A stretch of 64,000 nucleotides of DNA from Leucoraja ocellata (lineage: Eukaryota). Both the position numbers and the translations under genes were made by a program. Positions 49,600 through 61,199 of this stretch are shown in pieces. The DNA lies in contig JAWMAR010000049.1 of NCBI GenBank assembly GCA_036785375.1, forward strand, positions 5,270,001-5,334,000, given 5' to 3'. The notes under the pieces are model-generated. The model was not told the origin of the DNA, did no database searches, and saw only the letters and a list, made by a program, of their open reading frames with translations. Numbering within the stretch: position 1 is the stretch's first letter; every line of letters begins with the position of its first letter.

Positions 49600-50035
49600 G
49601 TAGATGGGGTAGTGAAGAAGGTATTTACTTGCTTTCCTAGACAGGGATATCGAGTATAAGATTTGGAACATCATGTTGCAGCTGTACAAGACATTTGTTG
49701 GGCCACACTTGGAATATTGTGTGCAGTTCTGGTCACCAAACTTTAGAAAATATGTGATAGCACTAGAAAGAGTGCAGAAAATGTTCACCAGAATGTTGCA
49801 CACAACGGAGGTCTTTAGTTACAGGAGCAACTGGATAGGCTGGGATTGTTCTCCCTGGAGTCTGATGGATGTGCTTGCAGAGATTTATAAAATTGAGGGG
49901 AATGGTGTCAATAATCAGAGTATTTTCCTCAAGGGTAGGGAGTTTGAACCTAGAAGGCACAAGTTTAAGATGAGAGAGAATATTTAAGAGATCGTTGGGA
50001 CAAGTTTTTTTTTTTAAACAGAGAGTAATGGGTAC
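49600..50035 (+). mobile_element. Old CR1 fragment
   Basis: MLQLYKTFVGPHLEYCVQFWSPNFRK..LERVQK.FTRML. Confidence 0.75.
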
Positions 50036-50192
50036 AATTGCCTTTATAACATGGTTTTCTATAACATTAAGTTTCTTAGGAACACAACCAATGCATTACA
50101 GCAGAACTATCTGTACATTTATCTATAGCTGGAAACCAATAGCTTTTGCACAGAATCTCTAAAACACTATTTTACATTTTATTTTCCTGCAG

Positions 50193-50215
50193 ATATGCGC
50201 AAAACTAAAGAGTGA
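50193..50215 (+). CDS. TPST1: Probable TPST1 terminal coding segment (D)MRKTKE*, followed by 3' UTR
   Basis: TTTTATTTTCCTGCAG| acceptor, phase 1 matches exon 5; joined CDS is 1176 nt = 391 aa + stop. Confidence 0.55.
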
Positions 50216-50860
50216 ACAAGATGTCTGTCGTCATGATTCTCAAAAAAGCAAGCAGTTGTGATCCTTTGTGTCTAGAACAGCATTTTTGTTTTGCTTATAC
50301 AGATTTTGTAATATACCAATGTTGTGGTCACATGAATATGAAATAAAGCAATTATTATTTTTGTATATTCTCCCACTTCCTTTGGTGGGTTATTCCTATT
50401 TTCTAATGTCTGAGGATACATTTATGGTACAGTATGAGGAGTGCATGTAACTGTTCTCAATAGCAGCAATACTATTGCCTTAATTATAGAAGTATCAACA
50501 AATGAAGGTTAAATGTGTGTTTATTCGCCCTTGAGGCTTATTCATAACAGAAAGGTCACCATGGCTGAATTTTTTTATTTTTTTTGTGTGGTTACAATTT
50601 AATGACTGAGGATTTGTAACTGATCTCTGACGGGTGTTTGAATTAAACACATCCTTTTTTCCTAAATCCTTTGAAACGTTCATTGTGTTCATAGAATGCA
50701 ATAAATTTTTTATCATTTTGCCTAGATAGCTCCATGTGAAATACATAATTTAGTACTGGAACCTGAGCAAATGCATAATGTTATTTGCATATGTAATTCT
50801 TGATTTATTTGTATGATTGCATACAAAGATTTTGGTGTAAATCCTTGGTTATTTATTGCT
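50216..50860 (+). other. TPST1: Probable TPST1 3' UTR with poly(A) signals
   Basis: Repeat-free, U-rich sequence; AATAAA at 50342-50347 and 50700-50705. Confidence 0.5.
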
Positions 50861-51894
50861 TTGGACCACGGACCTATTTCTCATGGCCTGCTCATTTCAA
50901 CATCCAGGTAGTGCTGACTGCCTTGTTCATTGGCTCAACACTTCAACAGAGTTCAGATATTATGGTGGTGCAACATAGCTGTATTCAATCCCGACCTCAG
51001 CTGCTGTCTATGCAGAGTTTGCACATTCTTTCTGTGACCATTTGGGTTTCTGCTGGGTTCACCGCTCAGCTCCCACATCCCAAAGATGTGCTCTCGATTA
51101 AGTGACTCTTGTAAGTTACCCTACAGTGTAGGTGAGTAGTGCAAGGAGTTGATGGAACGTGAGAGAGAATAAGTTGCAAGGCTACATAAAAATAAGGAAG
51201 CAGGATTCAGATTGCTGGGGTGGTTGTGCCAGGAGCCAACATCGACTTAGCCTCCTCTGTAGACTAATGTCTTCCTTTGTTTATTCATCTCTTCCACAAA
51301 TGCTGTCTGGCCCATTGAGTTACTCAATTTACTGTCTGTGGTCACACCAGTTGAATGTTGCAGTGGAATCTCTTGTAGCTGTACACAGTACTGTGTAGCC
51401 TGTACCAGGGAGAATCCTGTAATACTCTCCTCCAGAGAGAGGATGAAATCCAGCATAGAGAGCTTCAGTAACTTCCCATGAGTGAATGTGAAAGGTAGTA
51501 CATAGCGGTTGTGTCGTCTGAGGAGGAGCCAGACTTATCAAAGTTAATTGCTGCGTTACATTGATGCCCCCTTGCACTGTAATACCAAGTCTCCTCTGAA
51601 TTTATGGCTATAGCACTTTTCAAATTTCATTGTGGTCCATTTTATTGAAGCAAAAGCATATTTACCTGTTAGACACAAAGTGCTGACATGACTCAGCAGG
51701 TCAGGCAACATCTCTGGAGAAAAAAGGATGGGTGACATTTTGGGTCGGGACCCTTCTATGCTGAGATTCAGATTAGATCATTCCGTTTTCCCTTCCATTC
51801 TCTTCCACAAGCTCTTTACAGGTAATCCTGCCTCATATGCTCACTTTTGTTCATAAAGTGGTGACATATTCTGTGGGAATATCTACTGATTTTC

Positions 51895-52050
51895 ACCAGT
51901 ACTTCTTGATAAGTACGGGTGCCAGAGGTTATGGGGAGAAGACAGGAGATTGGGGTTAGGAGGGAGATACACTGTAGATCAGCCATGATTGAATGGCGGA
52001 GTAGACTTGATGGGCCGAATGGCCTAATTCTACTCTTATCACGTGCTCTT
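51895..52050 (+). mobile_element. CR1 3' tail
   Basis: GGTTATGGGGAGAAG..GATCAGCCATGATTGAATGGCGGAGTAGACTTGATGGGCCGAATGGCCTAATTCT. Confidence 0.75.
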
Positions 52051-52970
52051 ATGATTTGTCTTTAGCTGGGAACAATTCATTTTTCCTGAATCCTTGAAAT
52101 TAGCAAATCTCTTCTGTTTTTCCCACTTCATGGCCTATCATCTGATGCAACATGAAACAACTATAGGAAACACTAACTACTTATGGCATAGCAGCTACAG
52201 CCAGAAATTCATCAAGCATCAACTATTTTGATTGTAGCTGCTCTTTTAAAATGATATTTGCGAACAACAAAATAATTTATGGATATTTCAACATCAATTT
52301 CTATTCAAATACAATATCTAGTCGAAGCACCTATCGGCAATTCCAAGAGTGAATGAAAATAAGACCTGAATGGTTGCCAAATGAGTATGTGTAAAACACT
52401 TAATTATACATTGTCTGCTTACAAGCTTGCAAACACTTCAATGTAAAGTTAGCATATCATGAGTATGAAGAAAGGTCCTGACCCAAAACGCCACCTCTCC
52501 ATGTCCTCCAGAGCTGTTGCCTGACCGGCTGAACTACTCCAGCACTTTGTGGTTTTATTTAATTGCACACAACAATCTGATAACTGTTTGTGTTTTCTAA
52601 ATATAGGAAACGCTGAAACTACAATATAAATTTGCTGCCCATAATTCTTGCCAGGCATGAAGATCAAACATGCTGTCCAAAAGTATGTATGCGGGCAGCA
52701 TGATTGTGGCCTGGTGGGAAGGCTACTGGAATGATGGCTGCCTCTCTTGTTTCAGATCGAATCTGTTTTAAGTGATTTCAGGTCATAATAGTAATAATTT
52801 ATGCAGAACAGCATACGGTGAGCATAGTTGTGACCTTTCATTATTTAAAAAAAGTGGGGCAACACTAATTCTGATTTGGGGAAAAAAATTATGAATTTTG
52901 GAGGGGGGGTACTTTCCCAAACTTACAAAGAAGGCAGGATACTTTCTACAGTGCACATGTAAACGTTTGT

Positions 52971-53610
52971 TAGAAACATAGAAAATAGGTGCAGGAGTAG
53001 GCCATTCGGCCCTTCGAGCCTGCACCGCCATTCAATATGATCATGGCTGATCAACTCAGTATCCTGTACCTCCCTTCTTACCATACCCCCTGATCCCTTT
53101 AGCCACAAGGGCCACATCTAACTCCCTCTTAAATATAGCCAATGAACTGGCCTCAACTACATTCTGTGGCAGAGAATTCCAGAGATTCACCACTCTCTGT
53201 ATAAAAAAAATGTTTTTCTCATCTCAGTCCTAAAAGATTTCCCCATTATCCTTAAACTGTGACCCCTTGTTCTGGACTTCCCCAACACCAGGAACAATCT
53301 TCCTGCATCTAGCCTGTCCAACCCCTTAAGAGTTTTGTAAGTTTCTATAAGATCCCCCCTCAATCTTCTAAATTCTAGCGAGTGCAAGCCGAGTCTATCC
53401 AGCCTTTCTTCATATGAAAGTCCTGACATCCCAGGAATCAGTCTGGTGAGCCTTCTCTGTACTCCCTCTATGGCAAGAATGTCCTTCCTCAGATTAGGAG
53501 ACCAAAACTGTACGCAATACTCCAGGTGTGGTCTCACCAAGACCCTGTACAACTGCAGTAGAACCTCCCTGCTCCTATACTCAAATCCTTTTGCTATGAA
53601 TGCTAACATA
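52971..53610 (-). mobile_element. CR1/HER1 LINE 3' end, young
   Basis: MLAFIAKGFEYRSREVLLQLYRVLVRPHLEYCVQFWSP..RRLRGDLIETYK..SRTRGHSL; full tail. Confidence 0.88.
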
Positions 53611-54843
53611 ACATGGAATATTACGAGACATAACAAATCTTTCTGAACTTCTAAGAAAAGAGAGGCGCTATCTTCTTCTTCATTACATCTATCGGTTGGG
53701 CCCAGGGCATATCATCTGAGATGTTAACACCCAGGAATTTGAAACTGCTAACCAAAGATACTAGTATCTTTGCTGCTAACTCTCTCCACCACCAACGAAA
53801 ATTGAAACTGGTGAAAGTTGAATGGTCACCGTGGATGGAAAGGATTTGGAGAGCCTGATGCTGAACACTCAGAATTTCCAAATAATTGGAGAGCAGGTCA
53901 TTATAGTTTTATTGTATTTGGTGAATTATGCTTCATAAATGAATGTACTGTGAAACACATTAACTGGCATTGGGGGAATCACACTGCTGACTGCCGAATT
54001 AATTTGAGGACTCTTTCAGCTTTGGGCCTCATAAGGTCTGCTGCTTAAGAGACCATGAACAGCAATTCTTCCAATCACTTAAGTTTGTCTAAAATGTTTT
54101 GAACATCCAGGAAGAGGAACGGCAACCATATCATATTTTTTGTACTTTAATACCATATGACAGGAGGCCATTTGGACCATCGAATCCATGCCAGCTCTCA
54201 GAGTAATCCCATCCCCCCCCCCCCCCCCCCCCCCCTAAGTTCACAGTGACCTGTTGTTTCACACATGCCCTTTAACATACCATCCACATCCCATCCCCAA
54301 TTCTCCTACAATCCACCTAATCCAAGGATAATTTACAGCACCCAACCCACATGTCTTTGGGATGTGAGAGAAGGAGAACATTTAACCTCCACACACACAA
54401 CACCGCAGGTCAGAATTGAAAATGGGTTGCTGGAGCTGTGATGCAGCTGCACTACCTGAAGTACCACTGAGCCACACTGTATCAACAGAGTCCTACAAAA
54501 GGTCCTGGTTGACTTCCACATTACTATTAAGAGAACCTCTGTTCCAGGACCTGTGTGCTGTGAGCAAGACTCCACTGAACTCAATCTCTTGGATTCCACA
54601 ATACATTTACTAATCACTGGAAACACCACCGAAGATTCAGGGTGCGATAACCATTGCACAGACTTCAACTACCTCTGATCCTTAATGCTACACTGTCACC
54701 AGCAATCCTGGGTATGTAGGACAAACTGGCCAACAGGAATTGATACAATGTTTGACATAATTCTCAGAACAACGACAAGTATGTACAATTTATCCTCCCA
54801 GATCCCCATCTTAATTGATTTTAAAGGTCTGTTCAGCTGCTAG

Positions 54844-55369
54844 TGTTGATTCACGTTTCTCTCTCACATCGGTTGTTTCGACAATAATCGACCAGGCACC
54901 GGGGTTGCTTTAAACGTACGTTTATTGAGCAGGAGTCCTCACACAGGTTACAACCTGGCAAAGAGTCAAGCTGCCTGCCCTTAATTGCAAGGCTCTTTAT
55001 ATGTTAATGCCACCGTTTAGCACCTCCCACATTCCCCCCGATCAAAGGACCAACACGTTGGGAGAAACAGGAAACCAAGTATGTCCATATAAGGGGATGT
55101 TAGAGGAACCACGCATAATCTCAGACCAGTACATTCCTTAGTCTTTCTGGCTGGGGGGGGTTGTGTATTCCTCAATCTTGTCAGACTGGGTCTGTGATCC
55201 TTTATTCATGATACACAGTAATTGCAAGACATTGTGATTTCCTTAATTGCAGCCGGTTCCAGCAAGTCTGGTCAGCAGCCATCTTATGTCCTTTGTTTCA
55301 GTCTACCTGGCCAACCATTTTGTCTTTCAGAACAATCTTATAACATTGATTCAGAATTTCTATTCATCA
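54844..55369 (-). repeat. ERV 3' LTR (526 bp)
   Basis: TG..CA termini; no differences from 59204-59729 found by eye. Confidence 0.95.
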
Positions 55370-55382
55370 TTCCCCCCTTTTG
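55370..55382 (-). other. ERV polypurine tract
   Basis: Minus strand AAAAAGGGGGGAA immediately before the 3' LTR. Confidence 0.85.
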
Positions 55383-55946
55383 CCATTCTTATGGCAACAC
55401 TCATAGTCCATTTAAAAGTCCCATTCGCCGAAACTCGTAACCTTTTAGTTCCCTGGCCAAGGCTTCTTGGACCGTCCAACCTTTATCCCCAATTCTCCTT
55501 CCTCACGCACTTCATCGTTTTCGCTGTCGCTGGGGAATGGTAACAGTCTCTGCTGCTCACGCTGTAAGACCATCATTCGTACAGAACTTTTAGCTTCCTC
55601 GGGGGTGGTCCCCAAACCCAATAAGGCCACCATTAATCGGGCTTGACAGGGACCGGATTTTTGTCCTGGCACTTCACCAGTCGTTCAGTTCTGCCCCATG
55701 CAGGGGATGGGGTAAACAGGGAGGTAACTGATGTCATTTGTGGATAACAAACCACTTGCCCCTTCCCGAATAGCTCGTTGTGTCCCTGGATGAATAAATT
55801 GGAGTTTTCTCGTTCCCCTCTCTTTCCTCGTTTGTTCCGTCCGTATTCAGGCTTTGTCCATTTCCAGCCAAAACCGATTAACCTGGCAGTGGTCGCCACA
55901 CATATTAATGCCACAAAGACCCTGATCTCAGTGAATTATTTCGTAT
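55383..55946 (-). pseudogene. env-like remnant preceded by a splice acceptor
   Basis: Minus TTCTTTTCTTTTTCACTCCCTTGTCTTCACAG| at 55947; hydrophobic VFVALICVATTA then RNKRGKR; position between pol and PPT; short and disrupted. Confidence 0.45.
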
Positions 55947-55998
55947 CTGTGAAGACAAGGGAGTGAAAAAGAAAAGAACGTGCAATTTCATGGCAAAA

Positions 55999-57330
55999 TT
56001 AATTTGTGCCCTGCTTTCCGTGGACTGGATCCCCCTCCCTGACCTCGACCTCCCCCCTTTGCTTGGTGTCACCAACCACTTTGCAATGGTGCAAATGCAC
56101 CCATGCCGATCGTCCTTCTACCTTTACTGCGGTGGGAGTGGTGAGGAGAACCTGGAAGGGGCCCAACCATCGAGGAGAAAGGGTGTCCTTACAAATCCAA
56201 TTCTTAATCAACACATAAGAACCCGGGGTGATCCGTCCATTAACGGGAAATTCTATGTCGCCCACATAAGCGGCCTTGACCTCCCCATGAATCTCACGCA
56301 GGGCCCTTGTAAGGGCAGGGACGTAGGGGACCATCTCCTCCGTCATGTGATGCAACGTCATTGTGGCCGGGATAATGTCTGTCCAGGGTTTGCACAGAGG
56401 TCGGCCATAGATGATCTCTGCAGGAGACAACCTTGTCTTCCCTGCTGGAAGGACTCTGATCTGGAACAAAGCAACGGGCAACATTTTAACCCAGGTGGAG
56501 CCTGATTGGTCCACCAGCTTGGCAAGCTTGGTCTTCAGGGTCTGGTTCAAACGTTCCACCATTCCTGCAGCTTGTGGGCGATAAGCACAATGCAGCCGCT
56601 GGGTTACGCCCAGCTGTCTGTACAATTCTTTATTGATAGCGGCAATGAAGTGAGGGCCGTTATCCGAACTGATGGTGTTTGGAACCCCGAAACGAGGAAC
56701 AACCTGCCGTAATAAAATAGACACCACCGTAGAGGCAGTGCAATCAGTGGTTGGAAAGGCTTCAATCCACCTAGAAAACACATCAACAATAACAAATACA
56801 TGTTTATAACACTGACACTTAGGCAAATCAATAAAATACATCTGTAAGGTTTCAAACGGAGCAGTAGGTAATGCAGTACGACCCGTCTGGCAGACAACTC
56901 CTTTACCAGGGTTGTGTGTAGCACAGGTGAGGCACCGCGCACTAGTTTGGGCTGCCAAAACCTTAAGTTGAGGATGCCACCATGCCTGTAAGAGAGCGCC
57001 TACTAGCAAGGTGGCCCCACAGTGAGTGGCTAAATGTAGGCAATCAACAACCCAGGTCGCTAACTGGTCTGTCATACAGGTCTGTCCGGCCGGCGTGAGC
57101 CACAATCCAGAGTCAGCCTTCCGACAGCCCAGCTGCTCCCATTCCATTATAACATTAGCAGAGGCGTCCCCCTGTAAGAGCTATACATCATTTATGGTTG
57201 GCATAGGTTTCTCAGATTCAGACGAGCCCATATAAAGGTTTTTCACCTGCCTCATCATACTACCCACCACTTTAAATCTACCGCGTGAAGCACACTTAGC
57301 CGCATCGTCAGCCAACCTGTTACCGAACAG
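55999..57330 (-). pseudogene. pol: ERV pol remnant: RNase H C-terminus + integrase
   Basis: GNRLADDAAK (end of RNase H), one in-frame TAG at 57181-57183, HLATH..CLTC zinc motif, LQMYFIDL / SDNGPHF / GMVERLN core, WLGPFQVLLTTPTAVKV..WVH (GPY/F-type C-terminus). Confidence 0.9.
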
Positions 57331-57885
57331 GACTGGCAACGGGGGCAGTCTGGTTCAACGGGGGTGCTCCACGGACTCCCCAAGGATAATCCTCTACCTC
57401 CTCCTCGTCATCACCTCCCAAATCTATGCCAGCCACCGACTTACGTAAGTCTTTATCTACCTTGGCCATATTTTGTCTCTCTCTCTCTCCTGACGATCCT
57501 TACTTTCTTTAGCATGCCTGCATTCCTGTTTTAATACTGTCACTGACTTCTCCTGACCCCCCTCGGTCAGGGGTATTCCTGTTTCAAGGCATTGCTCTGC
57601 CAACTGGCCGTTAAAGACCGTGCCTTTTCTTTGTTACAATGATCGATCCACAACTGAATGGCCCTTTTACATTTTTTTATTTTTTTTTTTTAATCCGTTC
57701 TCCATATTACACTTTGGGCTCTTGATAACACACTCATAACCCCCTTCAGGCCATTCATCCTTCCCCAGTTTATGAAAGAGTCCTCCCGACATACGCCTAA
57801 AGGTCTCCTCCATTTCTGGATGCAAGAAACATAGCTGATGTAATGGCCGGTCTGGGTGACAACTGGTGTCCATACCATTACCCAT
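57331..57885 (-). pseudogene. gag: ERV gag N-terminal remnant
   Basis: MGNG start (myristoylation-like), WPEGG motif, position after the leader; frameshifted and joined by deletion to the RNase H end. Confidence 0.6.
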
Positions 57886-57899
57886 TTTTAAACTTATTA

Positions 57900-58880
57900 C
57901 TATTACACACAATATTTCAGGGTTAACCACGAGTCCTTGGTTCCACCGTATCTCACTCGGTCACTTCAATTCCTGACCTTCGCGTGGAGGATTTCCTCTC
58001 TTAACAACCAGTCTAAGGCGGACTTTCTGTGAGATACGGAGGTACTTTGGTCTCGGCTAACACTCAATACTTGCTAACTCTTTCAGGGTTAACCTAGAGC
58101 CCTTGGTTCCTCCGTATCTCACTCGGCCACTTTAAAGTGGACTTTCTGTGAGATATGGGGGTACCTTGGTCTCAGTTAACGTCTCAATACTAGTTAACTT
58201 TATTACACAAATATCACAACAAAATTTCAGGGTTAACCGTGAGTCCTTGGTTCCGTCGTATCTCACTCGGCCACTTTAAAGTGGACTTTCTGTGAGATAT
58301 GGGGGTACTTTGGTCTCGGCTAACACTCAATACTTGCTAACTCTTTCAGGGTTAACCTAGAGCCCTTGGTTCCTCCGTATCTCACTCGGCCACTTTAAAG
58401 TGGACTTTCTGTGAGATATGGGGGTACCTTGGTCTCAGTTAACGTCTCAATACTAGTTAACTTTATTACACAAATATCACAACAAAATTTCAGGGTTAAC
58501 CGTGAGTCCTTGGTTCCGTCGTATCTCACTCGGCCACTTTAAAGTGGACTTTCTGTGAGATATGAGGGTACTTTGGTCTCGGCTAACACTCAATACTTGC
58601 TAACTCTTTCAGGGTTAACCTAGAGCCCTTGGTTCCTCCGTATCTCACTCGGCCACTTTAAAGTGGACTTTCTGTGAGATATGGGGGTACCTTGGTCTCA
58701 GTTAACGTCTCAATACTAGTTAACTTTATTACACAAATATCACAACAAAATTTCAGGGTTAACCGTGAGTCCTTGGTTCCGTCGTATCTCACTCGGCCAT
58801 TTTAAAGTGGACTTTCTGTGAGATATGAGGGTACTTTGGTCTCGGCTAACACTCAATACTTGTTAACTCTTTCAACTAGT
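57900..58880. repeat. Tandem array of 7 hairpin monomers in the ERV leader (119/144-bp alternation, 263-bp higher-order unit)
   Basis: TTTCAGGGTTAACC at 57915, 58081, 58225, 58344, 58488, 58607, 58751. Confidence 0.95.
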
Positions 58881-59182
58881 TAACTTCCTATACACAGTGC
58901 ACTCCTCTTATATACCGTCTACGGTCCCCCTCTACGGGGTGTTTTATCCGCTCGATCAGACTAGGATAATCCTCGAGACGGCCCTATCCCCGTGCCCACA
59001 ACCGGAATGTTCGGATGTCGTCCCACCAACTGACGCAAGTCAGCGAATTACCCTGCTACGCCGGGATACGAGGAAGGACCAAGAGGAGATTTAACTAAAT
59101 CTACTCACTTGGCTGCGCACCCTTCACATCGATCCCGTCGCCCAGTGGATTCACTCGCCGGCTCGATCAGTCGCTGGTTGAC

Positions 59183-59200
59183 ATCCCACTTCTGACACCA
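59183..59200 (-). other. Primer-binding site, tRNA-Leu(CAA)
   Basis: Minus TGGTGTCAGAAGTGGGAT, complementary to the 3' end of vertebrate tRNA-Leu (..ATCCCACTTCTGACACCA), 3 nt from the LTR. Confidence 0.85.
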
Positions 59201-59203
59201 AAA

Positions 59204-59729
59204 TGTTGATTCACGTTTCTCTCTCACATCGGTTGTTTCGACAATAATCGACCAGGCACCGGGGTTGCTTTAAACGTACGTTTATTGAGCAGGAGTCCTC
59301 ACACAGGTTACAACCTGGCAAAGAGTCAAGCTGCCTGCCCTTAATTGCAAGGCTCTTTATATGTTAATGCCACCGTTTAGCACCTCCCACATTCCCCCCG
59401 ATCAAAGGACCAACACGTTGGGAGAAACAGGAAACCAAGTATGTCCATATAAGGGGATGTTAGAGGAACCACGCATAATCTCAGACCAGTACATTCCTTA
59501 GTCTTTCTGGCTGGGGGGGGTTGTGTATTCCTCAATCTTGTCAGACTGGGTCTGTGATCCTTTATTCATGATACACAGTAATTGCAAGACATTGTGATTT
59601 CCTTAATTGCAGCCGGTTCCAGCAAGTCTGGTCAGCAGCCATCTTATGTCCTTTGTTTCAGTCTACCTGGCCAACCATTTTGTCTTTCAGAACAATCTTA
59701 TAACATTGATTCAGAATTTCTATTCATCA
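59204..59729 (-). repeat. ERV 5' LTR (526 bp) with TATA box and poly(A) signal
   Basis: Minus TATAAA at 59356-59361 and AATAAA at 59281-59286; candidate donor AA|GTGAGT at 59108 downstream. Confidence 0.95.
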
Positions 59730-59744
59730 CTAGTCTTATCCATA

Positions 59745-59892
59745 TCCTACTCCAAAGGTCTCCTCTATAGCCTACTCCAGCATCACTTCTTCCCATTCCT
59801 TCTATCCAGAGATGCTGCCTGGCCCACTGAGTTACTCCAGCATTTTGTGTCTATCTTCGGGGTAAACCCGCATCTGCAGTTCCTTCCTACTC
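59745..59892 (+). mobile_element. Short PLE-derived element
   Basis: Closely similar to 6185-6320. Confidence 0.7.
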
Positions 59893-61199
59893 ACTCTTGA
59901 CCTCGTCATTCTTGCATCTTCTGCCCTGATCAAGAGTTTGGTCAACTGGTCCAGTATCTTACAATGAGATTCCATGTCAAATATAGATTGTTAACATTCC
60001 TGTGAGGAGATTTATAATGTCTTATTAAAGATACAGTGGGATTTGTTGCTATATCATTGAAGTTAGTGTGTTTCTCAACTGTCCACAGTAAATTATTCAA
60101 AAAAAATGTTGGATACATAACAGGATCGGATGTCCACTGTAAATAATGTCAATGATTACTATGTTAGCAGAACTGTTTACTAAATCAACTTGAGGATGTA
60201 CGAACTGTCATCATCATTGTGACGCATGTTGGGATCAGCAGCCAAACTCCTCAAATCCTCTTGCCAAGAAGATGCTCAGGAGGAGGATATGTCATACATC
60301 TTGACAAATGGCAAACAGTGATAGAATTCCCAGAGAACACCTGCGCCAGGTAAAATAAAATTTGCATTAACAGATAGTTTAATACATCGTTGTCAGTGAT
60401 GATGATGCAAAACAAATTAGAGGTGGAGAATTACTGTAGTGCTGTAGGAATGGGGCAATAATTGAAATTATGTGGTTTTGCAATGTATTCAGATGTCTTT
60501 GATGCAAAGAATGATAAAGAGAGCTAACCATTGATTTGGGCTTGAGGACTCAATGATTGTTCTTGCAGGCTTCATTTCTGTTGTGGAAGAGAAACTTTAA
60601 ATGTATTTGCCAGTCAAAGCCAGTGGTAGAACTGAGAATTTTAGCCCAACATTGAACCTGGAGATTGTGAGTCTTACTTCACAATCCCAACAAGAAATGA
60701 TTTGGCAACTTTACACCTGCCTTTTTAAAAAAAAATACTTGCATTTAATTCAATGCCAAACTGAACTGAAAACACTGCTGTACAAAATTCTGCATGTCCT
60801 TCACATTTTGTTCTACTAAGGGCCTTTAAATACTGAAGTATTTAATATTATAACAAAAAGTTCATTGAAAACATTGCTGTATCTCATTGACATTTATTAC
60901 TTAAGTTATTTGGCAAGACGTGGAGCTTAAATCAGTAGTCCCAACAAAACATGTACTTGTAATGGAATATCTGCATGTATTGGAGCTATTTTTCCAGAAA
61001 ATTAAGTTTTAGTGCAGAACAGGCAGAACTGCCTTCTAGCGAAAGGCAGAAGTTGCAAGCTCTGAGGTTGCTCACAATATGATTTATTGTAATACTTGCT
61101 CATTTCAAACCTATTTACGATTAAAAAGACAAGCTGAATTAGGAGCTGATCATCCTACACTTACTACAAAAAGCAAGTATGCTCAAACATACAGAGAAA

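Larger units (their letters stand above)
54844..59729 (-). mobile_element. Class I (epsilon/gamma-like) endogenous retrovirus, internally deleted and non-autonomous
   Basis: Two LTRs, TSD CTAG (54840-54843 and 59730-59733), PBS, PPT, gag remnant, RNase H end, integrase, env-like remnant. Confidence 0.95.

Noticed and set aside
55222-55543. Duplicated ORFs also seen at 59582-59900
   Set aside because: Chance frames within the identical LTRs
58081-58344. Hammerhead or hairpin ribozyme in the ERV monomers (CUGAGA, CUGAAAGA, AGAAAG on minus)
   Set aside because: No canonical CUGANGA..GAAA..NUH arrangement with compatible stems could be built
57900-58880. CRISPR-like repeat array
   Set aside because: Monomers are whole tandem duplicates without unique spacers, there are no cas genes, and the context is a eukaryotic ERV leader
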